Below are positions 8,812 through 18,107 of a stretch of DNA of 64,000 bases, in pieces (the stretch's first letter is position 1; every line of letters starts with the position of its first letter). A program made the translations under genes and the position numbers. The DNA is from Thalassobaculaceae bacterium (GTDB lineage Bacteria; Pseudomonadota; Alphaproteobacteria; Thalassobaculales; Thalassobaculaceae): the NCBI GenBank assembly GCA_965228875.1, contig OZ245843.1, forward strand, positions 4,818,616 through 4,882,615, in the 5' to 3' direction. The notes below the pieces were generated by a model. It saw only the letters and a list, made by a program, of their open reading frames with translations, searched no databases and had not been told where the DNA came from.

Positions 8812-10239
8812 TCACCCGGCGCGCCGCTCGGCGGCCCAGCGGGCGAGGTCGGCCGCGACCGTGCCGGCGACCGGCGCCCAGTCGAAACGGACCGTCTGGC
8901 GATAGAGCCGGAGTGTCGGAAACCAGGGGCAGACGTCCCCCTCCATCCCCCAACGCCAGTCCGGACGGACGTGCAGCATGGCCCAGACCGGTCTGCCGAG
9001 TCCGCAGGCCTGGTGGATGGTCGAATTGGAGATCGACAGCACCAGATCGACGGCGTCGAGCTGGGCGCCGAACCCGTCCATGTCGGTCAGCGCATTGAAT
9101 TCCCGGTCATGCAGGATCTCCACGCCTGACAGCCTGCGCATCGTCTCGAGATCGTCGGCCACCTCGCCGTACTGCAGCGACAGGAACCGGACACCGGGCA
9201 CCCGCAGGATCCGATCCCAGTCCTCCAGCGGCACGTTCTTTCCCTTGAAGACCCGGTTGGCGGACTTCCATGCGATTCCGACCACCGGCTGGCCATCGCT
9301 CCATTCCCGGTAGCGCTGACGCAGGCGTGTCGCATCGCCCGGATCGGCCCTGAGCCAGCGGCGCGGCCCGGCGGCGAAGGCTCCGGGGTCGCTCCGCAGG
9401 AGGCGGCCGAGATGGCCCTGCGGGATCTGGGCGCCGGCCCCCGCGACCTCCGCCGGGGGATCGGCGCGGGCGATGACGGCGATGGCGGGGAAGGAGCGGG
9501 CGAAGACCGGCACCAGCCGGGCGTCGCACTCCAGGGTGACGCGGCCGACCCTGTCGGCGAGTTCGGACAGCAGTTGGGCGAACTGCATCTCGTCGCCGAC
9601 ATTCTGATCGGCCCAGACCAGAAGATGCAGCTCGGGGTCCGGGCGGCCGTCCCAGAGCGGCAGGGCGAACCGGTCTGGCCGAGGCTTCGCTCCGGGCAGC
9701 CGGATCCGCCGGTCGTAGAGCGGCCACCCCTCGGCCCACCGGAACAGCGACAGATAGAGCATGCCGAGGTCGAAGGCGGCGCCATCGTCGGCCGGCGCCA
9801 TGGCGAGACTGCGGCGCCCCACACGGACCGCCTGCTCCCACAGACCGCGCTGGCGGAAGGCCTGGAACAGATTGCGCATCGACGCGACGTCGCCGGGATC
9901 GAGGATCACCGAACGGCGCCAGGCATCGCCGGCGGTCGCCCCGTCCAGGGCGGTGAAGGCCTGAATGCCCAGATGGCGCCATGCGCCGCCATGGTCCGGC
10001 TGCAGGGTCACCGTCCTGCGGAATGCCACTCCGGCCTGGTGCTGCCGGTCGAGAGCGAAGGCGCAATGCCCCTCGAAAAAGGTGAGCAGCGGTTCGAAGG
10101 GGTGCAGGACCTGGCTGAGACGGGCGTAGTCCAGGGCGGCAGGCAGGTTTCCGGCCGTCCGTTCGGCCGCGGCCCGCTGCCGAAGATGCCGCGCAATCCC
10201 GTTGATCCGTCCCGGGTCCGGCAAATTTGCCTTTGACAT
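8812..10239 (-). CDS. TPR-repeat protein with C-terminal GT-B/GT9-like glycosyltransferase domain
   Basis: N-terminal TPR-like helices, then EGWPLYDRR, LWDG, ADQNVGDEMQF, VGIAW, LSLQYG, DLVLSISNSTIHQACGLG, DWRW, PWFPTLRLYRQ. Confidence 0.8.
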   Translation of the reverse strand: MSKANLPDPGRINGIARHLRQRAAAERTAGNLPAALDYARLSQVLHPFEPLLTFFEGHCAFALDRQHQAGVAFRRTVTLQPDHGGAWRHLGIQAFTALDGATAGDAWRRSVILDPGDVASMRNLFQAFRQRGLWEQAVRVGRRSLAMAPADDGAAFDLGMLYLSLFRWAEGWPLYDRRIRLPGAKPRPDRFALPLWDGRPDPELHLLVWADQNVGDEMQFAQLLSELADRVGRVTLECDARLVPVFARSFPAIAVIARADPPAEVAGAGAQIPQGHLGRLLRSDPGAFAAGPRRWLRADPGDATRLRQRYREWSDGQPVVGIAWKSANRVFKGKNVPLEDWDRILRVPGVRFLSLQYGEVADDLETMRRLSGVEILHDREFNALTDMDGFGAQLDAVDLVLSISNSTIHQACGLGRPVWAMLHVRPDWRWGMEGDVCPWFPTLRLYRQTVRFDWAPVAGTVAADLARWAAERRAG

Positions 10240-10313
10240 GGTTTGCCTATCGTGGATATTCCCGCGCCACACCGAAAGGTATGTGTTTTTTGCAAAGCGA
10301 CGCGGAGTTGACC

Positions 10314-10739
10314 GTGGCGAAGCCTGAATGGGGAATCAAGCGGGTCTGTCAGTCCTGCGGCGCTCGGTACTACGATCTTGAGCGTCTGCCGATCGTCTGT
10401 CCTGCCTGTGACACGCCTTACGACCCGGAAGCGGTGCTCAAGAGCCGCCGTTCGCGGCCGCTGCCGCCGGAGGACCCGCCCAAGAAGCGGCCGGCCGACG
10501 ACGAGGCGGAGGACAAGGATACGGATGACGACGAGGACGTCGAAGAGGAGGAGGAAGACCTTCTCGACGACGAGCCGCCCGTCGACGGGGAGTCCGAAGA
10601 CGGGGAGGCCGCCACCAAACGGCCGATCGCCAACCCGCTTGTGGACGACGACGACGACGATGACGACGAGTTGATCGACGACGACGATGACGACGATCTC
10701 GCGCTCGACGACGATGGCGACGACGACGAGACGACGTGA
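10314..10739 (+). CDS. TIGR02300 / FYDLN-acid family protein
   Basis: MAKPEWGIKRVCQSCGARYYDL...CPAC plus long acidic tail; usual position between aroA and tRNA-Ala. Confidence 0.92.
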   Translation: MAKPEWGIKRVCQSCGARYYDLERLPIVCPACDTPYDPEAVLKSRRSRPLPPEDPPKKRPADDEAEDKDTDDDEDVEEEEEDLLDDEPPVDGESEDGEAATKRPIANPLVDDDDDDDDELIDDDDDDDLALDDDGDDDETT

Positions 10740-10827
10740 TTTTTTTGGTCGCTATCCTCTTGATTATCTGAGAACGAGGGGATAGATAAGCGGCCTTCGG
10801 CGGCGCCCAGAGCCGTCCGGGGTATTC

Positions 10828-10903
<76 letters not shown>

Positions 10904-10906
10904 ACC

Positions 10907-10934
10907 GGGGCTCCTTGGGAAACCAAGGAGCCCC
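10907..10934 (+). terminator. perfect hairpin after tRNA-Ala, probably a terminator between convergent genes
   Basis: GGGGCTCCTTGG-GAAA-CCAAGGAGCCCC. Confidence 0.7.
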
Positions 10935-11007
10935 GACCCGTTTCTGGTTCCAGTCTTTCGGTACCGTCATCGCGCGAAATCCCGGCCGGGCTCCGCCTCG
11001 GGTCCGG

Positions 11008-11433
11008 TTAGCGCCGGGCGTAGGCGACCAGCGCCTCGCGGGCGCCGGCGTGCTTCGGCTCCAGGGCCAGACACTGACGCCAGCACACCTCCGCTTCGGC
11101 GATGCTGTCCAGTTCCTCGAAGGCGCGACCGAGCCCGTACCATGGTTCGGGGTTCACCGGATCGATGTAGATCGCCCGGCGCAGGGCATCGACGCAGTGG
11201 CTCCACCACCCGGCCTTGGCGCAGACCTTGGCCAGATGGAACAGGTAGGCGTATTCCGCTGGGGCGATCACCAGCGCCCGGCCGATCAACTCGGCCGCCT
11301 CGCTCGGCCGGTCGTTGTCGAGCGCCATCACCGACTTGACGTTCAGTGTCCGGGCGTCGTCCGGCTTATCGGCGGTGACCCGGTTGTACAGGCCCTCGAG
11401 CCGGCCGATGCCCTCGCCGCCGCGCCGCCCCAT
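11008..11433 (-). CDS. small tetratricopeptide repeat protein
   Basis: TPR periodicity (RALVIAP, RRAIYIDP..PEPWYGLG, CLALEP.H..A); ATG 7 bp after the mtnP stop. Confidence 0.75.
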   Translation of the reverse strand: MGRRGGEGIGRLEGLYNRVTADKPDDARTLNVKSVMALDNDRPSEAAELIGRALVIAPAEYAYLFHLAKVCAKAGWWSHCVDALRRAIYIDPVNPEPWYGLGRAFEELDSIAEAEVCWRQCLALEPKHAGAREALVAYARR

Positions 11434-11440
11434 CGGGCCC

Positions 11441-12328
11441 TCAGCTCCCCAGAACGCGCCCGGCGACCGCGTCGAGCCGGGCGACCACGGCAGGGTCGCG
11501 CGCTTCGGGGTGGGTGATGAGCGCGTACTCGAGGGCGTGGTCGCCGCCCTGTTCGTCGACCAGGGGGCGGTCGTACAGCTTCGGCGCCACGGTCTTGACC
11601 AGGGAGCGGGCATGATCCGCGTTCTCGGTCAGGACCTTGACCACGGCCTCGACGGTCACGTGGTCGTGGTCCGGGTGCCAGCAGTCGTAGTCGGTGACCA
11701 TGGCGACCGTGGCATAGGGGATCTCCGCCTCGCGGGCCAGCTTGGCCTCCGGCATGTTGGTCATCCCGATCACGTCCGCTCCCCACTGCCGGTACAGGAA
11801 CGATTCGGCCTGGGTGGAGAACTGCGGCCCCTCCATGGTGACGTAGGTGCCGCCGCGGCTGTACGGCAGGTCAAGCTCGCGGCAGGCCTGCTCCAGCGCG
11901 TCTACCAGACGGGTCGCCACGGGATGGGCCATGGAGACATGGGCGACGCATCCAGTGGCGAAGAACGTCTTGTCGCGGGAGAAGGTCCGGTCGATGAACT
12001 GGTCGATCAGCACGAAATGCCCCGGCGCGTACTCCTCCTTCAACGAGCCCACGGCGGAGACCGAGATGATGTCGGTCACCCCGGCACGCTTCAGGGCGTC
12101 GATATTGGCGCGGTAGTTGATCGTTGTCGGGCTGTAGCGGTGGCCACGTCCGTGACGCGGCAGGAAGACCAGCGGCTGGCCATCGAGCTCGCCGAACAGG
12201 AGCTGGTCGGAAGGTTCGCCGAAGGACGAGGCGACGGTCTCCCAGCGGGCGTTCTCAAGCCCGTCGATGTTGTAGACGCCGCTGCCGCCGATGACCGCAA
12301 CCAGGGCCTTGCGTGTTTCGCTGCTCAT
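11441..12328 (-). CDS. mtnP: S-methyl-5'-thioadenosine phosphorylase
   Basis: VIGGSG, PRHGRGH, SAVGSL, MEGPQFST, GMTNMPEAKLAREAE, VTDYDCW. Confidence 0.96.
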   Translation of the reverse strand: MSSETRKALVAVIGGSGVYNIDGLENARWETVASSFGEPSDQLLFGELDGQPLVFLPRHGRGHRYSPTTINYRANIDALKRAGVTDIISVSAVGSLKEEYAPGHFVLIDQFIDRTFSRDKTFFATGCVAHVSMAHPVATRLVDALEQACRELDLPYSRGGTYVTMEGPQFSTQAESFLYRQWGADVIGMTNMPEAKLAREAEIPYATVAMVTDYDCWHPDHDHVTVEAVVKVLTENADHARSLVKTVAPKLYDRPLVDEQGGDHALEYALITHPEARDPAVVARLDAVAGRVLGS

Positions 12329-12385
12329 GTCGAATCCATCCCGTCATTCCTGCGCACAGGTATAGCGCGCCCGCCATCAAACGCG

Positions 12386-12412
12386 AAAGGCCGCGGACAT
12401 GCCGCGGCCTTT
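12386..12412 (-). terminator. terminator of petABC
   Basis: AAAGGCCGCGG-ACATG-CCGCGGCCTTT inverted repeat 24 bp after the petC stop. Confidence 0.75.
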
Positions 12413-12436
12413 GCAAAGGGTCGATGCCGTCTGGGC

Positions 12437-13219
12437 TTAGTGGACGTCGGCCCAGATCTTGCGCTTGGTGGCGTAGAGCAGGCCGGTGAACACCAGCAGG
12501 AACAGGAGCGTCATGACGCCGGCGCGCTTGCGCTCTTCCATCTCAGGCTCGGCCGCCCAGGCCAGGAAGGTGACCAGATCCTCGGTCTCCTGTTCGACCG
12601 TGGAGGGCGTACCATCCTCGTAGGTCACGTCGTCGCCGTACAGCGGCGCCGCCATGGCGATCTGATGGCCGGGGAAGTAGGCGTTGTAGTTCATCCCCTC
12701 CATCAGGTTGAAGTCCGCCGGCGGGTCGACGTAGCCGAGGAGCAGGGCTCGCACGTAGTTGGCACCGTCCGGACGGGCCTTGACGATCAGCGACAGGTCC
12801 GGCGGATAGGCGCCACCGTTGGCCGCGCGGGCCGCGTTCTCGTTCGGGAACGGGTTGACGAACCGGTCCGCCGGGATGCCCGGCCGTTCGAACATCTCGC
12901 CCGAATCGTCCGGCCCGTCGACGACCGACGCCTCGGCGGCGATCGCCTTGATCTCGTCGGCGTTGTAGCCGAGATCCTCGAGGTTGCGGTAGGCGACGTA
13001 GCTCAGGGCGTGGCAGCCGGAACAAACCGCCTGATAGACCTGAAACCCGCGCTGGAGCGCCCCGCGGTCGTAGGTACCGAACGGTCCCGAGAACGACCAG
13101 CTATGCTGAGGCAGCTCCACCGCCTCGCCCGCGGCCTGGGCCGGGGTGGAGAGGGCGAGGCTCCAGGCGCCGGCCGCGATCGCGACGGCCGCCAGGGTGG
13201 TGGTGAGACGCGCGAACAT
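12437..13219 (-). CDS. petC: cytochrome c1
   Basis: Signal peptide, LQRGFQVY, heme motif CSGCH, PPDLSLI, IAMAAP, C-terminal TM anchor. Confidence 0.97.
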   Translation of the reverse strand: MFARLTTTLAAVAIAAGAWSLALSTPAQAAGEAVELPQHSWSFSGPFGTYDRGALQRGFQVYQAVCSGCHALSYVAYRNLEDLGYNADEIKAIAAEASVVDGPDDSGEMFERPGIPADRFVNPFPNENAARAANGGAYPPDLSLIVKARPDGANYVRALLLGYVDPPADFNLMEGMNYNAYFPGHQIAMAAPLYGDDVTYEDGTPSTVEQETEDLVTFLAWAAEPEMEERKRAGVMTLLFLLVFTGLLYATKRKIWADVH

Positions 13220-14478
13220 CAGGCTTTCTCCCTCGGTGCGGCGGTGGCGCCGGCGAACCCGCTTCCGCTCCCGGCGCCAAGCACCGGCTCGCTGATCGAC
13301 TTCGGCAGGGCCTTGGGCGTCTCGAAGATGCTCAGCGCCGGCAGCACGACCAGGAAGTGGATGAAGTAGTAGGCGGTGGCGAAACGGGCCATGACCACGT
13401 AGACGCCCTCGGCCGGCTTGCCGCCGAGCCAGGTCAGGAACACCACGTCGACCACCAGGATCCAGAAGAAGATCTTGAAGATCGGCCGGAACTGACCGCT
13501 GCGGACCGGCGACCGGTCGAGCCAGGGCAGGACGAACAGGACCGCGATGGCGCCGAACATGAACAGCACGCCACCGAGCTTGTCCGGGATCGCGCGCAGG
13601 ATCGCGTAGAACGGCAGGAAGTACCATTCGGGCACGATGTGAGCCGGCGTGGAGAGCGGGTTGGCCGGGATGTAGTTGTCCGGGTGGCCCAGATAGTTCG
13701 GCGCGAAGAACACGAACGCGCAGAAGAAGATCAGGAACACGCCGAGACCGAACGCATCCTTGATCGTGTAGTACGGATGGAACGGGATCTGGTCCTTCGG
13801 CCCCTTCACGTCGATGCCCAGCGGGTTGTTCGAGCCGAAGCGGTGCAGGGCGACGATGTGCAGGATCACCACGCCGACGATCACGAACGGCAGCAGGAAG
13901 TGCAGCGAGAAGAAGCGGTTCAGGGTCGGGTTGTCGACCGAGAAGCCACCCCACAGCCAGGTCACGATCGACTCGCCGACCAGCGGGATGGCCGAGAACA
14001 GGTTCGTGATGACCGTGGCACCCCAGAAGCTCATCTGGCCCCAGGGCAGCACGTAGCCCATGAACGCGGTCGCCATCATCAGCAGCATGATGACCACGCC
14101 GAGCATCCAGAGGATCTCGCGCGGCGCCTTGTACGATCCGTAGTACAGGCCGCGGAAGATGTGGATGTACACGACGATGAAGAAGAAGCTGGCGCCGTTC
14201 ATGTGGATGTAGCGGATCAGCCAGCCGTAGTTCACGTCGCGCATGATGCGCTCGACGCTGTCGAAGGCGTAGTCCACATGCGCCGTGTAGTGCATCGACA
14301 GGGTGATGCCGGACACGATCATGATGACCAGGGCGATCCCGGCCAGCGACCCGAAGTTCCACCAGTAGCTCAGGTTCTTCGGCGTCGGATACTCGTGCGC
14401 CTCGTGGTGCAGAAACGTGAAGATCGGCAGGCGATGGTCAATCCACCGCACCACCGGGTTCGAGAAATTGGCAGCCAT
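13219..14478 (-). CDS. petB: cytochrome b
   Basis: [23 protein letters not shown] motif. Confidence 0.99.
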   Translation of the reverse strand: MAANFSNPVVRWIDHRLPIFTFLHHEAHEYPTPKNLSYWWNFGSLAGIALVIMIVSGITLSMHYTAHVDYAFDSVERIMRDVNYGWLIRYIHMNGASFFFIVVYIHIFRGLYYGSYKAPREILWMLGVVIMLLMMATAFMGYVLPWGQMSFWGATVITNLFSAIPLVGESIVTWLWGGFSVDNPTLNRFFSLHFLLPFVIVGVVILHIVALHRFGSNNPLGIDVKGPKDQIPFHPYYTIKDAFGLGVFLIFFCAFVFFAPNYLGHPDNYIPANPLSTPAHIVPEWYFLPFYAILRAIPDKLGGVLFMFGAIAVLFVLPWLDRSPVRSGQFRPIFKIFFWILVVDVVFLTWLGGKPAEGVYVVMARFATAYYFIHFLVVLPALSIFETPKALPKSISEPVLGAGSGSGFAGATAAPREKA

Positions 14479-14494
14479 GCTAAGGCGCTCCCTC

Positions 14495-15025
14495 TTAGCC
14501 GATACGGACGACGGTGTCTGACAGGTACTCGTAGCCCGGCACTTCCAGGTTCAGCGGCGCCGGACCCCTGCGGATCCGCCCTGACGTGTCGTAGTGCGAG
14601 CCGTGGCACGGGCAGAACCAGCCGTTGTAGTCGCCCTTCAGGTCGGACACCTTCTGGCCGAGCGGGACGCAGCCGAGATGGGTGCATACACCGACCAGGA
14701 TCAGGTACTCGGGCTTCTCGGCCCGGGCGCTGTCGGTCTCCGGATCGCGCAGTTCGTCGAGCGGCACGTCCTCCGCCTCGGCGATCTCCTCGGGCGTGCG
14801 GTGGCGCACGAACACCGGCTTGCCGCGCCAGGTGAGGGTCACGGCCTGACCCTCCTCCACGGTCGACACGTCGAATTCGATGCTGGCCAGCGCGAGCGTA
14901 TCGGCTGCCGGGTTCATCTGATCGATGAACGGCCAGGCGACGCATGCCGCGCCCACCGCACCGACGGCGGTGGTCGAGATAATCAGAAAGTCGCGGCGGG
15001 TGTCGCCTTCGTGGGTATCGACCAT
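14495..15025 (-). CDS. petA: ubiquinol-cytochrome c reductase Rieske iron-sulfur subunit
   Basis: Tat motif TRRDFL, CTHLGC and CPCHGS boxes. Confidence 0.98.
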   Translation of the reverse strand: MVDTHEGDTRRDFLIISTTAVGAVGAACVAWPFIDQMNPAADTLALASIEFDVSTVEEGQAVTLTWRGKPVFVRHRTPEEIAEAEDVPLDELRDPETDSARAEKPEYLILVGVCTHLGCVPLGQKVSDLKGDYNGWFCPCHGSHYDTSGRIRRGPAPLNLEVPGYEYLSDTVVRIG

Positions 15026-15215
15026 GGCTCTCAACTCTTCTTTCGTGGCGCCGGACGGGCCTCCGACCCGCATGCCGGACACCTGCGCAAATATCGACCA
15101 TTGGCACGGGATGGCAACGCGACCGGCTGTCGCAAACGCCTCCGCCCCGATCCGGCATGCGTATACCGCAGGGATCAGCCTTTTGCAAAGCATCGCGAGG
15201 CGCTTAGATGGCGCC

Positions 15216-15668
15216 ATGCGCCTCGTTCTCTACCAGCCCGACATCCCGCAGAACGCCGGAACGATCCTGCGGCTGGCCGCCTGCCTCGGCGTCGGCGTCG
15301 ACGTGGTCGAGCCCTGCGGTTTCGTCTGGTCCGAGGTGCGGATGCGCCGTGCCGGAATGGACTACCTGGAGTTCGCCGCGGTGAGGCGGCACAGCTCGTG
15401 GGAGGCGTTCCTGGCCGCGCGGGAGCCCGGACGGCTGGTGCTGGCGACCACGCGGGGGGCGGTGACGCTTCCCGCGGCGCGGTTCGAGGGCGCGGACCAC
15501 CTCATCCTCGGCCGCGAAAGCGCCGGCGTGCCCGAGGAGGTGCACGCGGCGGCGGATCTGGCGGTCAAGGTGCCGATGGCCGCCGGCGCGCGGTCGCTGA
15601 ACGTGGCGGTGACGGCGGGCATGCTTCTGGCCGAGGGATTACGGCAGACCGGCGGCTGGCCGGAATAG
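15216..15668 (+). CDS. trmL: tRNA (cytidine(34)-2'-O)-methyltransferase
   Basis: LYQPDIPQNAG, RRAGMDY, LGRESAGVP, RSLNVAV. Confidence 0.93.
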   Translation: MRLVLYQPDIPQNAGTILRLAACLGVGVDVVEPCGFVWSEVRMRRAGMDYLEFAAVRRHSSWEAFLAAREPGRLVLATTRGAVTLPAARFEGADHLILGRESAGVPEEVHAAADLAVKVPMAAGARSLNVAVTAGMLLAEGLRQTGGWPE

Positions 15669-15779
15669 GAACCTTGCCCCTCGCTCACCTTCCGGCGCGA
15701 GACCGGAAAGTGAGCGGGAGAGTTGAGAGGACGTTGGGGAACGGACCGGGACCTCGGGCCCCGGCCCGCAGCCGCCACG

Positions 15780-17183
15780 TCACTTTCCCGGGAAACCGTC
15801 GCCCAGGTCCCAGAACAGGCCGGTCATCATCTCCAGCCCCTCGCGCATCAGGTGCGGCAGCACATGCTCGTTCGGCGCGTGCTGGGAACATCCGGTGTAG
15901 CTGTGCGGCACCCAGATGGTCGGCATGCCGATGCCGTTCAGGAAGATGTCGTTCGGCAGGGAGCCGCCGGCATTGGGGATCACCGTGACGGTCTTGCCCG
16001 TGGTCTTCTCCATCGAGGCGACAGCCCAGGGCACCGCCGGGTGATCCGGGTCCAGACGCGACGCGCGCAGCATGGACATGCGTGCGGGCTCCACCGTGAT
16101 GTCGCCGAAACCGTTGGCGGCCAGGTGCTCGCGGATCGAAGGCAGGAAGACGTCCGGATCGGTGTCCACCACGAAGCGGATCTGGCAGATCGCCTCGGCG
16201 AAGGGCGGTACGGCGTTCTGCGGTTTCTCCGGATCGCCGGTGATGAACGACAGCACCTCGAACGTGTTCCAGCCGAACACCTTCTCCGCCAGCGACAGAC
16301 CCGGCTCGCCCCACCAGGGATCGATCTCGGGATCGTCCGGCCCGGAGGAGACCTTGACGTGAGCCAGCGCGTCGCGGACCGAATTCTTGATCTGTGCCGG
16401 CTTGAGCTGCGGCAGCTGGATCTTCCCCTCGCGGCCGACGATGGTGGTCAGCGCGTGCATCAGCACGATCGCCGGGTTGGCCAGCAATCCGCCCCAGTTG
16501 CCCGAATGGTGGCCGCCCTCGCGGTATTCCAGGCGGAACCGGATGTTCAGCCCGCCACGGGTGCCGAGTTTGATGTCCGGCCCATCGGTCGAGAAGCGCG
16601 GCCCGTCCGACGCGATCAGCAGGTCGGCGGCCAGCATGTCGCGGTTGTCGCGGCAGAACTCGGCGAGGCCCGGAGAGCCCATCTCCTCGGCCATCTCGAT
16701 CAGGAAGGTCACGTTGTAGCCAAGCCGTCCCCGGGTCTCGAGCACGTGGCGCAGCGCCTCCATGTTGATCGCGTGCTGACCCTTGTTGTCGGCGGTACCG
16801 CGACCGTACCAGCGTTCGCCGGAGGGCGTGTCGGCGACCTCCAGGGTCCACGGGTTGCGGTCGTCGGCCCAGCGGCCTTCCTCGCCCGGCACGGTGTCGC
16901 CATGGCCGTAGCAGAACAGGGTCGGCAGGTCGGGGTCCTCGATCCGCTTGGCGACCAGGAACGGCGCGCGGTCCAGCAGGGTGTTCGGATGGATCTCGAC
17001 GCTGAAGCCCATGGCCTCGAAGCGCTGCCGCATCATCCGGTCGAGGTAGTCGAGCAGGTCGGCGCGATGCTCCTCTTCGCGGCTCGACGTCTGCACCGCC
17101 ACCCGCGCCGCGAGTTCGGACCGGAAACCGCCATTGTCGAAATAGGCTCGAACCGCATCGAGCGCCGCGTCACGCGTGGTCAT
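15780..17183 (-). CDS. M20 family metallopeptidase
   Basis: YGHGD, YGRGTADNKGQH, EEMGS, HHSGNWGG, QHAPNEH. Confidence 0.93.
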   Translation of the reverse strand: MTTRDAALDAVRAYFDNGGFRSELAARVAVQTSSREEEHRADLLDYLDRMMRQRFEAMGFSVEIHPNTLLDRAPFLVAKRIEDPDLPTLFCYGHGDTVPGEEGRWADDRNPWTLEVADTPSGERWYGRGTADNKGQHAINMEALRHVLETRGRLGYNVTFLIEMAEEMGSPGLAEFCRDNRDMLAADLLIASDGPRFSTDGPDIKLGTRGGLNIRFRLEYREGGHHSGNWGGLLANPAIVLMHALTTIVGREGKIQLPQLKPAQIKNSVRDALAHVKVSSGPDDPEIDPWWGEPGLSLAEKVFGWNTFEVLSFITGDPEKPQNAVPPFAEAICQIRFVVDTDPDVFLPSIREHLAANGFGDITVEPARMSMLRASRLDPDHPAVPWAVASMEKTTGKTVTVIPNAGGSLPNDIFLNGIGMPTIWVPHSYTGCSQHAPNEHVLPHLMREGLEMMTGLFWDLGDGFPGK

Positions 17184-17269
17184 GGAGTCTCCCTTCGTTG
17201 ATTGCCGGCGCGAGCATAGGCGCGGATGCGGGTGCACGGAACATGTCGTCGCGCTACATGTGTGCTGCC

Positions 17270-18103
17270 ATGACGTTCTCCGATCTCAGCGACGCCGCCG
17301 TCGCGGTTCTCACCACCCGCGACGCCCGGGCCAAGGCCCGGCTCGGACGCGATGTCGCCGCCGACTGGCGCGCCGGGCGGTTGGCCATGACCTTCACGGT
17401 CGCGCCGCCGGATCGGCCCGGTCGGCCGGACGCGCCGCCGCTGCTGCCGCCGCGCCGGGTGAAGAAGCGCAAGATCACCTCCGAGCCGCGCGGGCGCATC
17501 GCCCTGCTGCACGCGCTCGCCCATATCGAACTCAATGCCGTCGATCTCGCCTGGGATGCGGTCATCCGGTTTCCAGACGCCGGATTTCCAAAGGCTTACG
17601 CCGACGATTGGATCCGGGTCGGTGACGACGAATCGAAACATTTCCTGTTGCTGGCCGACCGGCTGGAGGCTCTCGGTTCGCATTACGGCGCGTTGCCGGC
17701 CCATGACGGGTTGTGGCAGGCGGCGATCGAGACGGCGGACGACCCGATCGCCCGGCAGGCGGTCGTGCCCCTCGTTCTCGAGGCGCGCGGGCTCGACGTG
17801 ACGCCGGCGATGATCGCCAAGCTGCGCGAGGTGGGCGACCACCCGTCGGCCGACATCCTGCAGATCATCCACGACGACGAGATCGGCCACGTCGCCGTCG
17901 GCAAGCGCTGGTTCGACCATCTCTGCGCCGAGCGCGGGCTGGAACCCGTCACGACCTGGCAGACCATCGTGCGGGCGCGGTTCCGCGGCGGGGTGAAGCC
18001 GCCGTTCAATATCCCGGCCCGCGAGGCGGCGGGTTTCGACGCCGCGTTCTACGGCCCGCTCGGCGACGAGTATCTGGCCGGCCTGCGCGGTGCGGAGGGG
18101 TGA
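17270..18103 (+). CDS. ferritin-like DUF455 family protein
   Basis: LLHALAHIELNAVDLAWD, DESKHF, LEARGLDVTP, DEIGHVAVGKRWF. Confidence 0.92.
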   Translation: MTFSDLSDAAVAVLTTRDARAKARLGRDVAADWRAGRLAMTFTVAPPDRPGRPDAPPLLPPRRVKKRKITSEPRGRIALLHALAHIELNAVDLAWDAVIRFPDAGFPKAYADDWIRVGDDESKHFLLLADRLEALGSHYGALPAHDGLWQAAIETADDPIARQAVVPLVLEARGLDVTPAMIAKLREVGDHPSADILQIIHDDEIGHVAVGKRWFDHLCAERGLEPVTTWQTIVRARFRGGVKPPFNIPAREAAGFDAAFYGPLGDEYLAGLRGAEG

Positions 18104-18107
18104 GGGG

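Noticed and set aside
8792..8827. Three 12-bp CCGGCG-starting units at the end of the TPR-GT gene
   Set aside because: Short, degenerate and GC-only; plausible by chance in this genome
10640..10735. GAC/GAT trinucleotide runs
   Set aside because: They encode the poly-Asp tail typical of TIGR02300 proteins; not an independent repeat or array
12437..14362. 641-aa ORF suggesting an extended or fused cytochrome c1
   Set aside because: The upstream part is an off-frame overlap of petB; the real petC starts at 13219 with its own signal peptide
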